From the NCBI GenBank assembly GCA_002269645.1, contig NIVC01000463.1, positions 124,001 through 188,000 of the forward strand: a stretch of 64,000 nucleotides of DNA, written 5' to 3'. This document shows positions 36,641-49,195 of the stretch, piece after piece. The DNA is from Macrostomum lignano. Taxonomy: Eukaryota. A program made the translations under genes and the position numbers. The notes beneath the pieces were generated by a model that was given only the letters and a program-made list of their open reading frames with translations, made no database searches and was not told the origin of the DNA. Each line of letters starts with the position of its first letter. Positions within the stretch are counted from its first letter, which is position 1.

Positions 36641-37165
36641 ATGCCAAATCATCAAACATCCTATCATAGTGGCACTGTGGATGATGATATTGAGTCATCA
36701 TATGATAGTGATGAAGAAGGCAATGGTGACAGCCAAGGCAGCAGTGCCCCTGAGAATGAAACTCGGAGCAGTAGCAGCCAGGAAGAAATTGTTGAGCCTG
36801 GCTATGACAGCCAAGATAGCCATACAGACAGCAATGGTGACAGCCCAGCCAACAGTGCCCCTGAGAATGAAACTGGGAGCTGTAGCAGCCAGGAAGAAAT
36901 TATTGAACCTGGCTATGACAACCAAGACATGAGCTATACAGAGAGCAATGGTGACAGCCTAGCAAACAGTGAGTCTGGGAGCAGTAGCAGCCAGGAAAAG
37001 ATCATAGAGCCTAGCAGCCAAGACCAAGCAGGTAGCCAGCCAATTGAAAACTATATTGTTGAATATTGCCAAGCAACTGTTTCCCACAGCCTCAAGTGCA
37101 CAGTGAACAGAGGCACTTGTGCGTCATTGAAATTACAGATTGCCACTTTTGGTCCCACATTTTGA
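36641..37165 (+). other. Acidic Ser/Asp/Glu-rich ORF with three in-frame 111-114-bp repeats; exon of an unknown gene or decayed transposon gene
   Basis: Units begin GCAATGGTGACAGCC at 36720, 36831, 36945; upstream splice-compatible segments at 36161-36197 and from 36469; no recognisable family. Confidence 0.3.
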
Positions 37166-38616
37166 AGGATGCAATCAAATTTCAGACACTTAGAACCATT
37201 GGCGACCCAGTGAAGGCACTTTCTGCAAACTGAAGTAGAGAAACACACAACATGTATCATCATTTTTGACAGGAGGTATATATACTCGGTGTCCTGCAAG
37301 GCTTCAGTGTGGATAAAACAGTCTATGCATTGCCTGCATCTATCTTGTAAAACTTTTGAAGCCATAGTTTTTTAAGACATCAGCTGACTCGCCTGTTAGT
37401 GGAATGGTCCATGTCTATAAAACAGGTGACATTTCATGAAACACCCTTTTTAGGCTTCCTCTCAACCTGACAGTAACTTTCTGGAATTCTAGTATGAAGG
37501 GCGCATGATTATCCTGCCTTTTACTAGAGAATATGCCTGCTTTGCTTCTACTATGAAGGAGGCATTCCAGATTAATGATCAGCACCAAGCTGTCCTCTCC
37601 ATCAATGGCGCTGAGGTGCTACCAGTCAGTGCTGCAGTCTTCTTTGGCTTTTGGCTTTACATGTATGGCAGTATCTCTAAATTACATATTCACCATTTTG
37701 GCCAAAACGCCTATAGCCAAACTGGTTTATGGGCAAAACAGACTATATATAGACAAAATGGTCTGGGGGTGAAATGTCCATTGCCAAAGCAATTTGGGGG
37801 CAAAATAACCAGAATTCTCTACATGCATTGCTAGGATCTACTTTGTCTTCAAACATTACTTTTGCTTCTTCAATAGTATATACTGCTTATGACTATTCCA
37901 TCTATTTCACTTCACTTAAAAAAATAAATCAACTGAAAACTTAGATAACAATCTTCAATAACATGTACCTGAAAATCTTACTATTTGATACTGGCTTTCT
38001 ATCTTAAGAAACCGCAATACGCAAGGTTGTTCTTTTCTCTACTGAAAATGCTTTTATCTATATAACTAAAGTTGACTATATTTGTCTGTCTCTGTTTGTA
38101 AAGTTCACGTTTTAGAATGAACCACAAGACCAATCTTCATAGGACTTGCACTATTAGCTTGCAAATTTTCTGGCAGTGATGTGGCAGATTTTGCTAAAAT
38201 TTCTGATAATGCAAAGGATGTTTAATTAGCAAAAAAACTACTTTTTGCCATGGAATTTCCATGGTCAGTTGAAGGAAAGGCTTCCTGACTGCCAATTTGG
38301 CTGACTTAATTGAGGTTGCATCAGCAATCTGGCCTATCTTTCCAGTGTATTTTATTTAGCTAGGCTGATTTGTATGCAGAAAGGAATGGGGGTTTGTTGG
38401 CTCACTTGGCAATGTGCAAAGGCATGTGTACCCCTGGCTATGGGATGGCGTCAAAATTTAGCTTCAGCAATGGTCGGGGAGAGAAATCCAATGATTTATT
38501 TTGCAGGCCTTCAAGTATAGCTGTGATTTTCATTTGTTGATTATGCTTTAAGTTTTTTAGATTAGAGTGAGATAATTATATTGCCTGAAAGAGCTTGAAA
38601 TGCTAAACATGGGGAT

Positions 38617-39361
38617 CCCTATTGGAATAAGTTGACAAAATGCGGACGGCCATCCGTCGCATTTTTGGATTCTCCTGGTATCGCGTTGCGCGACAGTGGT
38701 GTCAAGTGGTGTGTCGCATTGCGCGACACTGTGGAAACCTGGTGTTGTCATGCGTTGTGTCGCGCGACACGACACAACGAGACGCGAAAGTGTGGCAACT
38801 TGGCGGCTGGTATTATCATGTGTCGCGTTGCGGCCTAGATCTGCAGCCAAAACCTCGCAAACTGTGTTTCATTGTAATAATATGTTCACGGTTGTTTCTC
38901 GGTATTTAAATGTTTTAAACATGTTTGATAAAAAACTAATTCTTGAATTGTTCTTTTTTATTTTGACGGTAAAATAACTAATACTTCAAATATAATTTTT
39001 AGAAATGTTACTTGTTAGTTACAATGCATGCGCTGTTTTTCTAACTGTTTTACCTTTGTTGTTTTATTGTTTATTGTTTTTAAATTTCATTTCTTTTTCC
39101 GCGAAATTGAAAGGAATACTCTTGTCCCTCGCTCCATGGTCTTGGTGTTGGGAGTGAACGGCAGAACGAGAATTGTCAATTGCAACATGGCTGCTGTGGC
39201 GTCCTCCCCCCCCCCCCGGTCATTCGGTCAACAGACATCGATGTTGTGTCGCGTCGCCGCCTCCCAGTCAACAAAATTTGGTGTCGCGTCGCATTTTTGA
39301 GGGCACAATTTTGGCACCCATGTCGCGCATCTGCGGGTTTTTGAAACTTATTTCAATAGGG
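38617..39361. mobile_element. Non-autonomous DNA transposon (MITE) with TIR CCCTATTG(G/A)AATAAGTT and 8-bp TSD ATGGGGAT
   Basis: ATGGGGAT at 38609-38616 and 39362-39369; subterminal GTGTCGCG/GCGACAC motifs; an 8-bp TSD is typical of hAT, P and Merlin elements. Confidence 0.8.
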
Positions 39362-39964
39362 ATGGGGATATAATTTTATTGCTTCAAATCTGAAAATCAG
39401 AAGCACAGCACTAAAGAGAAGATTGGCTTGAACAATGTACTATGTACATTGTTGGCCAGGGGCCAATTGAAAATTGATAGCTGTGTATGCTGCTGGGGCA
39501 AGGAGAGAGAGTTGAGCTCAAATGCAATTATCAATTGCGAGGCCTCTGGGTTTGGGGGCTCAAATTTTTACACACAAAATATTTCATATATTTCTCTGAC
39601 TGAGACTTTTTGGTAAGAACTTTCAAGCAAGCTGTTTCTTGCACTGCACTATTCTGGCAAATCGAAGTTGAAGCGCAGCATCAATGAGAAGTTTTGCATT
39701 TGTCTGTTCTTTCTTGATAAAGTTGGAACTGGGTATGGCAAGAGTTCTTGACCAATTATTTACCTTGGTCAAGGTGCCACGAATGATTATTCAGTCAGAA
39801 CTTTAATAAGCTGCTTTTCATCCAAACAACTATTCAGTTCATATGACTGTCTGTGAAACTTATAAACTGTTTGAAGTTGGTTTTCACCATTCAAAGCTGG
39901 TTTTTACTATTGAAGATTGGTTTTCACAATTGTATTTTTAAGCAATTTTTTAACAATATTAATA

Positions 39965-40472
39965 GTAAACTGTCAAACGAGTGCTATTATAAACTGTCTA
40001 ATGGGTGCTGTTGTAAACTGTCTAATGGGTGCTGTTGTAAACTGTCTAATGGGTGCTGTTGTTAACTATCTAACAGGTGCTGTTGTAAACTCTCTAATGG
40101 ATGCTGTTGTAACTGTCTAACGGGTGCTGTTGTAACTGTCTAATGGGTGCTATTGTAAACTGTCTAATTAGGTGCTGTTGTAACTGTCTAACGGGTGCTA
40201 TTGTAAACTGTCTAACGGGTGCTGTTGTAAACTGTCTAATGGGTGATGTTGTAACTGTCTAATGGGTGCTGTTGTAAACTGTCTAATGAGTGCTATTGTA
40301 ACTGTCTAATGGGTGCTGTTGTAAACTGTCTAACAGGTGTGTTTAACTGTCTAATGGGTGCTGTTATAATTGTCTAATGGGTGCTATTGTAAACTGTCTA
40401 ACAGGTGCTTTTGTAACTGTCTAATAGGTGCCGTTGTAACTATCTAACGGGTGCTGTTGTAAACTGTCTAAT
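39965..40472. repeat. 23-24-bp minisatellite (AAACTGTCTAATGGGTGCTGTTGT)
   Basis: About 21 units read directly. Confidence 0.93.
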
Positions 40473-42198
40473 GGCAGGAGTTACAATCAACCGATAGTGC
40501 TTTTGTTTAGACCCATGGAGCAGGTAAAATTGCTACCTGCTTTCTACCGGGACTTATCTCTGCTTCATGTGCCTATTTTTCTAGAGGGCTGTCTCTGGCT
40601 GATCTTTCTGTCTTTTTGTGGGTTGTCAAAGATCAAAAAAAGTGCTTGCTTGAAAAACTGTTTGGGACCTGCAAAGTGGGTCAACCTGCTAGTTTATACT
40701 AAATTTATTTGTAGTGTAGATTTAAACAAAAATTACATTTGCAAAAATATTATAGAAAATATATACAGTATAACAAATAGTTTTTTTTAGTTTTGGCATG
40801 CATTTAAATGTATTACAATTGTAAAAATTTAGAAATAGGGAGCCCTTTGCATAATTATAAGTTACTTTATTTTTTATGGTCAATTTATAGATCTATTCTA
40901 GGCTCTATGATCTAGCATGCATTAAAATGTAGAAGCGGACACAGAATGTTTGCTAAAATAGGGGCCTAGGCCTATGGAAGATGTTAATCCAAATTGTGCA
41001 GGTGGCTTTCAGACAAGCTCATAAGCAATGATTTATAACTCCAAAAGTAGCAAAAACTATGCTTATTATGCTTAAATGCTTATGCTTAAATGCTTATGCT
41101 TATGTTATTATGATTACAAGTATGAAGTATATGATTTTGCTATACTTATAGTCATAATAACATAAGCATGGTTTTCACATATAGAATATTATATAAGTGC
41201 CAATCACTATCGTAGGACTTCTAGAAAAGGGTAAAACTACTTAGGCAAAGTCAAGGAGATTGTAATTAGAAATATAGACCCATAGGCGGCCCTAATGGGC
41301 CTAAGACTCTCATGTTTCTAACAGCAAAAATTACTACAATTTCTTATTATAGCTACAAAAAAGTGCAATTAAAAATTATATTAAAAATATACTTTAAATA
41401 GGGGCCTAGGCTAAGACAAGGCATTTCCTTACTTTTATTAAAATTTTAACTCAGAGGCTTTTCATATTACCGATTCCAAAATCAGAATCGGTTCGGATCT
41501 TCCAAGAAAAACAGCAGTATTTAATTCTGTTGAATGTTTGACTGCCTTAACAACCTCACTTAACACAATTTTTACTTTCTTTTTGGCGATTGTCATTCAA
41601 TAATAAAAACTTTATAGCACGTATTTCCCTCTAGTTATGGAGACAAAAAGTAATACTTCACAACTCACAAATTGGTTCTGGTTCTGGAACAAGAACAAGC
41701 AAAATGAAAGGCCTCGATCGACACACGCTGCACACTTTTTTTCCATTTTAAATTTTCATTTTCTAAATTATAAGATTTTATCAAATGTACCTATAAAAAG
41801 TATAAAGTTATCGAGTACTAACTTCGATGTTTCAATAAAACAAATTATTATTAGTCTATACTTAAAAGAATAAAAGAAAGTGAAGCGCAGAAATTATTAG
41901 CGCCAAATCGAAATCTGGTCCAAACTAGTTTATCTTAACAGTGAATTCAACTTCTGAGTTGTTGCTAAATCCTTATAAATCAGTGTATTCGTATTTACCA
42001 TTCTGGCAGCTAAGAGCATTTGTACTCAGCTGATTCAAACTCGTTAGTTTTTTAAATCGCTTTGCATTCAAACCAAACATTTTGGTAGCCTACCTAGGGC
42101 CTACCTAGGCTCGTGCAGTATACATAACTTGTAAACCATTTGTTCTATTGTTGTTGATTCTCTTAAGTCAGTCTTCGGCTCTTATCTTGCTGAGGCGT

Positions 42199-42517
42199 AT
42201 GAAAACAATGAACTCCGATTTAGTTTCATCTACTCCTAACGGCCACGCTGCCGTTGATCCAGAAGACAGACAGTGCAACTCGTTTTCATCAGTTATTCAA
42301 GAACTTTCAAAGAAGAAACATGAGCACTGTATGCACTGCAAAGAGTCATTGTGTAACATTTGTGAAGATATTGAAAACGAAATAGCAAAGGTGCTTTCGT
42401 CAGATCCAACAAAAGGTGGTGCATCAATCTCAGTTGAAGGCTTGTCAGCAGCTGACAAAATAATTGAACGTAGTCTTGGGCCTAGGCCTAGGACAAAGAG
42501 CATTTGCCCAACACACA
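42199..42517 (+). CDS. PFKFB: PFKFB, probable exon 1 (non-conserved N-terminal extension)
   Basis: ATG at 42199 (or 42208); open frame to a strong A/GTAAGT donor whose phase 1 matches the next exon; sequence not conserved, so the link rests on phase and position. Confidence 0.6.
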
Positions 42518-42694
42518 GTAAGTTGTTATTTTAGTAGCCTAGCTAATGGAATGCATGATTTAAAATTAAAAATAGGCTCTATACATAGAAAAATGTTTTC
42601 TGTTTTAAGATAGCTAGAAAATGTTTAAAAAGCTTTTTCTGATTTTCTGATTTACAATTATTTGAGGTAAAGTTGATCACTTCAACAACCATGC

Positions 42695-43581
42695 AAATAA
42701 ATAACTAATTATAAACATTTTGTAATTTGTAACATTGCAATACGTTTTGATCATTATAGATCATTCTCAAGCAATTCTTAGTTATATTTGAAAATGAAAT
42801 GGATTTTAAATGAGAACACATATATAAGATGTGTTAAAAATAAAATATTACACAGTTAATAGAATGAAGGAAGTACAGTCATTAATCACAATACAATTTA
42901 CAATAGAGCAGAAAAGAATCATGTACATTCAGCCTCAAGCTGAAGTGAGGAAATTTGTGAGTAAATTGCTCTGTGTGTTGGTGTTGTCTACAACTTTACT
43001 GTTTTAGTGATTGGAGCATTTCCTACATTGGAAAAACTAAAAGACACCTGCATACCAAGGCAAGAGAACACTGGCTAAAGAATTCTGCAATCCATGAACA
43101 TCTGCTAATGTGCAATGATTGTTGCAACAATGAGCCTATGGACTTGTTTGAGATTATTGATCACTATGACTCAGATTTCAAACTCAGCATTCTGGAGGTA
43201 TTGTACATTAAGAAATTAAACTCCTTATTGAACATATAGCTAGTACACAGTGGTGTGGGCCATTTGCTAAGGGTTTTTGGCATTTGCTAAGTTGGCATTT
43301 ATTTGTGTATAGTGGCTTAAGGCTAAATGTATATGATTCTTTTTTGCTCTATTGTACATTGGAGTGCGACTGGTCACTGTATTTCATTCATTCTACTGAC
43401 TGCGTAATATTTGATTTTTAATATATAAAAAATATATATATCTTATATATATATATAGTCATTTAAACTCTGTTTTGTTTTCAAATATAACTAATATTTG
43501 CTTGAGAATGATCAATGATAATTTAAATAAATGCATCGCAATGTTACAAATTATAAAATGTTAATAATTAGTTTTTTATTT
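42695..43581 (+). mobile_element. Penelope-like element remnant: GIY-YIG C-terminal fragment (42973-43239) between about 250-bp diverged inverted arms, in PFKFB intron 1
   Basis: YIGKTKRHLHTKAREH...LSILEVLYIKKLNSLLN resembles PLE GIY-YIG; 42695-42940 is the reverse complement of 43314-43581. Confidence 0.7.
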
Positions 43582-44245
43582 ACAATTATTTATTAAATAT
43601 TAGAAAATATTTGCATTATAAAATAAGTAGGCCTCTATAAAAATTTTTACAAGTCTCTTTTTAAACATGCATATATTCCCAAAATATTTAATAATAATTG
43701 ATATCAAGCTATAACTGAATGTATATTTCTTTATTACGAGTAATAATGTTTTGCTTTGATTTACTTTTAGTATCACTGGATATAAATACCAATTCAAGTA
43801 AGTAATTTTTGCCTAAAGTATAAGTAAGCCTTTGGCTGTAGCTTTTTTAATATTAAATAAATTAATAAGTTTATGCTATGTACTATTATTCTCTTTTTCA
43901 ACAAAATTTATTTAGTAAATGAAATTAGCCTAATTAAGAATTTATAAATTCAAACACATTGAAAATTTTATACTGTATTTTTGATTTGAATTGATTTCTT
44001 TGCTATAACATATATGGACTAACAAAATTATTAAAATGCAATTTTTTACTCAATAATTTGAAGTAAACCAAGACATTGGCTTAAGATAAATTGTAATTGC
44101 ATTTTATTGTTTTTTTAAATAAGACAGCTTATAAGCCAAGTAGTTATATATTTTTTATTTAAAAGTATCCTGGCATTTTTTTTGAAACTTAATAGTAGTT
44201 TATTACAGTTTTGTCCATGTATACCCATAGAAAATTTTTTTATAA

Positions 44246-44422
<177 letters not shown>

Positions 44423-44487
44423 TAGCTAGGTCTAGTTGTACAAACATTTTCCACTAACCTATCCCTTTGTGCCATTGCACTGCCCAG

Positions 44488-45011
44488 TGTTCAACCTTGG
44501 TGACTATCGACGTCGCATCACCAGTGAGACTAGCCATGACTTCTTTAACCCAAGCAACCTGGAGGCAGCCCGTGTTCGCGAAGAGTGTGCCCGCATGGCT
44601 CTGGAAGACATGACGCAGTACCTGAACAGCGAGTGTGGCGAGATTGCCGTGTTCGACGCCACCAATTCCACTAGGCGGCGCCGTCAACATCTGCTTGAGC
44701 ACTGCGAGGCCGAGAATTTCCGTTCATTCTTTGTCGAATCTGTGTGCGACAATGATGAGATTATCGAGGCTAACATACTTGAAGTGAAGATTAACAATCC
44801 GGATTATCAGACTGTGATTGATAAGGAGGCCGCTGTTAGAGACTTTCGTCAGCGAATTGACAACTATAAATCGGAGTACGAACCGCTAGACGAGACACTT
44901 GACAAGGAACTGTCATTCATCAAGATATTTAACCAGGGCGAACGGTTCCTTATCAACCGCCTTGATGGCAATATTCAGAGTCGAATTGTTTACTACCTCA
45001 TGAATATCAAG
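44488..45011 (+). CDS. PFKFB: PFKFB exon 3 (2-kinase domain)
   Basis: 94-bp intron; VFNLGDYRR...AVFDATNSTR...FFVESVC...SFIKIFN...IQSRIVYYLMNIK; AAG/GTAAAA donor. Confidence 0.95.
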
Positions 45012-45123
45012 GTAAAAAGATGATCTCGATTTACCTGAATTTGTAACTCGTATTAGAACATAGCACTTTTGACACAATGGGGCGATGGGGTCCAAGATTC
45101 CACAGAAACGAGTTGCGTTAGTC

Positions 45124-45500
45124 ACTGAAGCTGTGATGAGATACATGAGATCTGCCATTCTGCCATACCCATTGAAGCTGTGATGAGATACATGAGATCT
45201 GCCATTCTGCCATACCCACTGAAGCTGTGATGAGATACATGAGATCTGCCATTCTGCCATACCCACTGAAGCTGTGATGAGATACATGAGATCTGCCATT
45301 CTGCCATACCCACTGAAGCTGTGATGGGATACATGAGATCTGCCATTCTGCCATACCCACTGAAGCTGTGATAAGATATATGAGATCTGCCATTCTGCCA
45401 TACCGACTGAAGGCTGAAGCTGTGATGAGATACATAAGATCTGCCATTCTGCCATACCCACTGAAGCTGTGATAAGATATATGAGCTGCGATACTCACTG
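45124..45500. repeat. 47-bp minisatellite (ACTGAAGCTGTGATGAGATACATGAGATCTGCCATTCTGCCATACCC) in PFKFB intron 3
   Basis: About 8 units; period 47 from 45124 to 45171. Confidence 0.94.
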
Positions 45501-45565
45501 AATTTGTGATGTATGAGCTGCGATACCCATGAAGCGGTGATATATACGAACCTAAACTTCCGCAG

Positions 45566-45921
45566 GTGAATCACAACCGCTGCATCTACTTGATGCGCCA
45601 TGGCGAGTCCATGCTCAACCAGATGGGCAGAATTGGCGGCGATTCCGACTTATCGGAGCGCGGTAGACAATTTGCGCGCCAACTAGGCGCCTGGGTTGAC
45701 GAGCGTAATACTCGCGACAAGCCGCAACTGCGCGTTTGGACCAGCCATATGCGCCGGACTATTCAAACTGCCGCGTTTATTAAAACTCGGCACTCGCTAG
45801 AGCACTGGAAAGCGTTGAACGAGATTGACGCCGGCGTATGCGAGGGCTTGACGTACGAGGAGATCGAGGCTAAATTTCCAGACGATTTTGCCGCCCGCGA
45901 TAAGGACAAGTTTAATTATCG
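45566..45921 (+). CDS. PFKFB: PFKFB exon 4 (bisphosphatase, RHGES)
   Basis: CCGCAG acceptor; IYLMRHGES...WKALNEIDAGVCEGLTYEEI...DKFNYR; CG/GTAAGT donor. Confidence 0.95.
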
Positions 45922-47519
45922 GTAAGTAAGCTAATTAAGCCAAGTGTTACAGATTAATTTTCGTCTTATCGCTGAGGATGATGCAGTCTGGCACTGTCAT
46001 TAATTCCAGCAGCGCGACATAGTGAGCATTAAATCATTGACACAAATTTGTATAGAAGCTAATTGGATTAAGCTGTTCAGGGGTCATCTTCAACTGTACG
46101 AGTATGATAAAACAACCAGAATTTCTTATCGTCATAGGATCTAAATGGTCAGTAACTTTTCCATTCAGTCATTATTAGACCTAGTTTTTTATTTTATCAA
46201 TATAAGATAACTGAAACTCTTTCATATGAAATTTAGTCCTGCTTGTGCTCGCTGGAGTGTCTTGCTGACTAGATAAAAATAGTAACAGAAAAGGCATTGT
46301 TTATGCATTCAAGAAATGCAGTTATGCATTGTATTGTACAATCTTAAAGATATGAAATTTTCAAAGTGGACAATTTTTGTTGGTTTTAGTGGCTACTGTG
46401 CGTCATTTAATTTTTAAGCTAGTTCGATAATACAGATACTATACAACTCCTGATAATCGAATTTTGTTTAATTGACCTCAGCTAAATAGATTACAGGGAG
46501 ATAAACCTGTATGTACATAGCTATAATACATGTATGCTAAGTCTGATTTAAGCAAGAAAGTACTGATTCAATGCCGCTCTGAGCTTCGTGTTATTCTAAA
46601 AAAATATGGTGTGATGTTGCGGCCTCAAGTTCGAAAGAATTTTTAGTATTCAAAAACACGCACGCATATAGCTGGCTAAGGCTATTTTTGCGCACCCAGT
46701 TGGTGCTATCGCTAGCTTAAATAATTCTTCGTGTCAGTGCGTGTGTGTGCTTGCACGCTATTCGCTATGCTCTTTACACAGTCTGCCCGTACACTTACAC
46801 TGAACTCCAGGACTTATGAGAGTCGCTAGTAAAAGCAAACTACTAGTAATGGAAAACTAACTTAATAGTTTTAGGGCGAGGGAGGGAAGGAAAAGGCGGC
46901 ATGGGTGTTTCCACGAATTCACCACGTGATCTCTTTTTAGCTTTGAATGCACCTATAAAGATAGAAGGTGGCCGCGTACAATACACAATATGGGCAAGGT
47001 TAGTCTGTATTCAGCACAGTTGGATTCGTGGTTAGTGCGCGAACTTGCCACTAGTGAATAAATATAGGACGCCAGGTTTAAAATGCAACTATTGCTAACT
47101 GTCAGCCCTTTAAGGCAGAATTGTGCACTATAGGCTGTAGAAGCAGTTGGTCTGCCCGTGACATTAAATGGCATTCTATTGATCACGCGTTTCATTTGTC
47201 TGCGCTAGTGCTGGCCTGCACTGTTGGAAATTCGGATTTCCCTACCAATTAAATAGGCCTGCCGCCTGCGTCTCATTATTTGTTCGCGCAATTACACTGC
47301 AGAGCAGTCAGTCAACACGCTTTCTAATCGTGCTCCGATTTCAAGGTCGAACTGTTACAGTTAAGCGAAGATTAGGCAAAGTTCAATTGTCCGAAAAGTA
47401 TTTTATGGAGCGATTAAAAATCGTTTCTTATCAAGAGCTGAGAACATTGTTGTTGAAGAATCGCCCCCTCCCATATAGTCTGTCTGACCTTCAGTAGTTA
47501 TTACAATTGGGATTCACTT

Positions 47520-48563
47520 CCCGATGAAAACGGTACCCAGGACAAGAAGCGTAGAGAGTCACTTGTGCCGCCCTAGAGTCATTGCAGGCAACACTGATAA
47601 TAGTAAAAAAAGTACTCTAGACGACTCTAAAGCGATGATATGTCAAAATACAATTCGCCAAACATTCGTCAAAGAGTCTTGACTTAGCTGCAGGGGGCTC
47701 CGTGCGTCCGGAAACAGCGAGGAGGCGTTGTAGCCCATTTTGCTAACCCCTGGCGACCACACGGGCAGCTAGTGCTGCGGTGTCGCGCAGGGAGTTCCGG
47801 TGGCGCCGGTGTTCGCAGCGCGGTCCCCCTCCGGAGAGTCCAGGAGGTGGATTGTCGCTCGCCCGGTAGCCCTTAGCTGTAGCGGACGAGCTGGCAGAGA
47901 TTCTCGGGCCTGAAAACGTCGGAGAGGTCCGGGTTTGGGCCGAGGTAGGTGAGCCTGTCCTGAGTAAAGGCGGGGCATTCACAGATAAAGTGCTCCGCAT
48001 TCTCGACACCGTAGAGGCAGAATGGGCATTCATCACTGCTGATTTTTCCCTGGAGGTGACGATGTCTAGCAAAACAGCCATGACCCCAGAAAACCATGGT
48101 CACCGCCCTGATGTCCCTGCGGTTGAGTCCAAGTAGGGCCCTGCGCAGGGCGGAGGAAGGACAGGGGACTCGTCAAAGAGTCGCTTAAGCATCACTTTGA
48201 AGCGTTTTGTTGTCTGCGACTCTAAAAACGACTCTGGGGCGACGGGATAACGACTATGGGTGCGTAGAGTCGTATTTGAAGCGTGCTAGAGTCACTGTAG
48301 AGTTTCTGAATTGTGTTTGAAGTGCTCTAACTAGCCTACTGAGTTAGTAGAAAGTTAAGCACCAACACAACGGTTCTTGGACGACTCTTGTGACTTTTAC
48401 GATTCTACAACTCACGTGACACGCTTGTGATGCAACAGTCGCCTCTCCGTCGTATTGCAGTCGTTTTTGAGTCGTTAAAAAGTCACAAGAGTCGCTAGAG
48501 TCACTAGAGAGTTGTTTGCAACGACTTTTTAATGATTATTGTCACGGCATCGTTTTCAACGGG
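47520..48563. mobile_element. Candidate MITE (GACTC/GAGTC-rich) in PFKFB intron 4, carrying a nested LINE fragment
   Basis: Left end CCCGATGAAAACGGTACC versus reverse-complemented right end CCCGTTGAAAACGATGCC (15/18); no convincing TSD. Confidence 0.5.
47679..48169 (-). mobile_element. 5'-truncated non-LTR retrotransposon (RT/RNase H-type C-terminal tail, I/LOA-like) with 13-bp TSD
   Basis: TCGTCAAAGAGTC at 47666-47678 and 48170-48182; encodes [20 protein letters not shown]...CPFC...[13 protein letters not shown], the C-terminal Cys/His motif of non-LTR ORF2. Confidence 0.82.
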
Positions 48564-48889
48564 ATACCGGTTTGTACTAGATTTGGTATAGAAATGGAAG
48601 CGAAAATTGAAAACAAGAAATGTCATAACTAGTAAAATGGAAAATCATATTAATATGAAATAGAAAACATTCACATAATTATTATAAAGTACATTTATTT
48701 GCTTCTGTTATTCGGCGAGGTGGCTACCTAACTGGATTGACGCATTTAATATCAGCTCTGCTGCAGGTTGAGCAAAGTTGGCAATGGTTAGTACGCAGCT
48801 GAGTCAGCTTTTTTACGTGCATATTTCGTCTAAAAGTCTATATTGTCTTTAGATAACATAAAATCACATACAAAGAGAGAAACCGCTAA

Positions 48890-49195
<306 letters not shown>

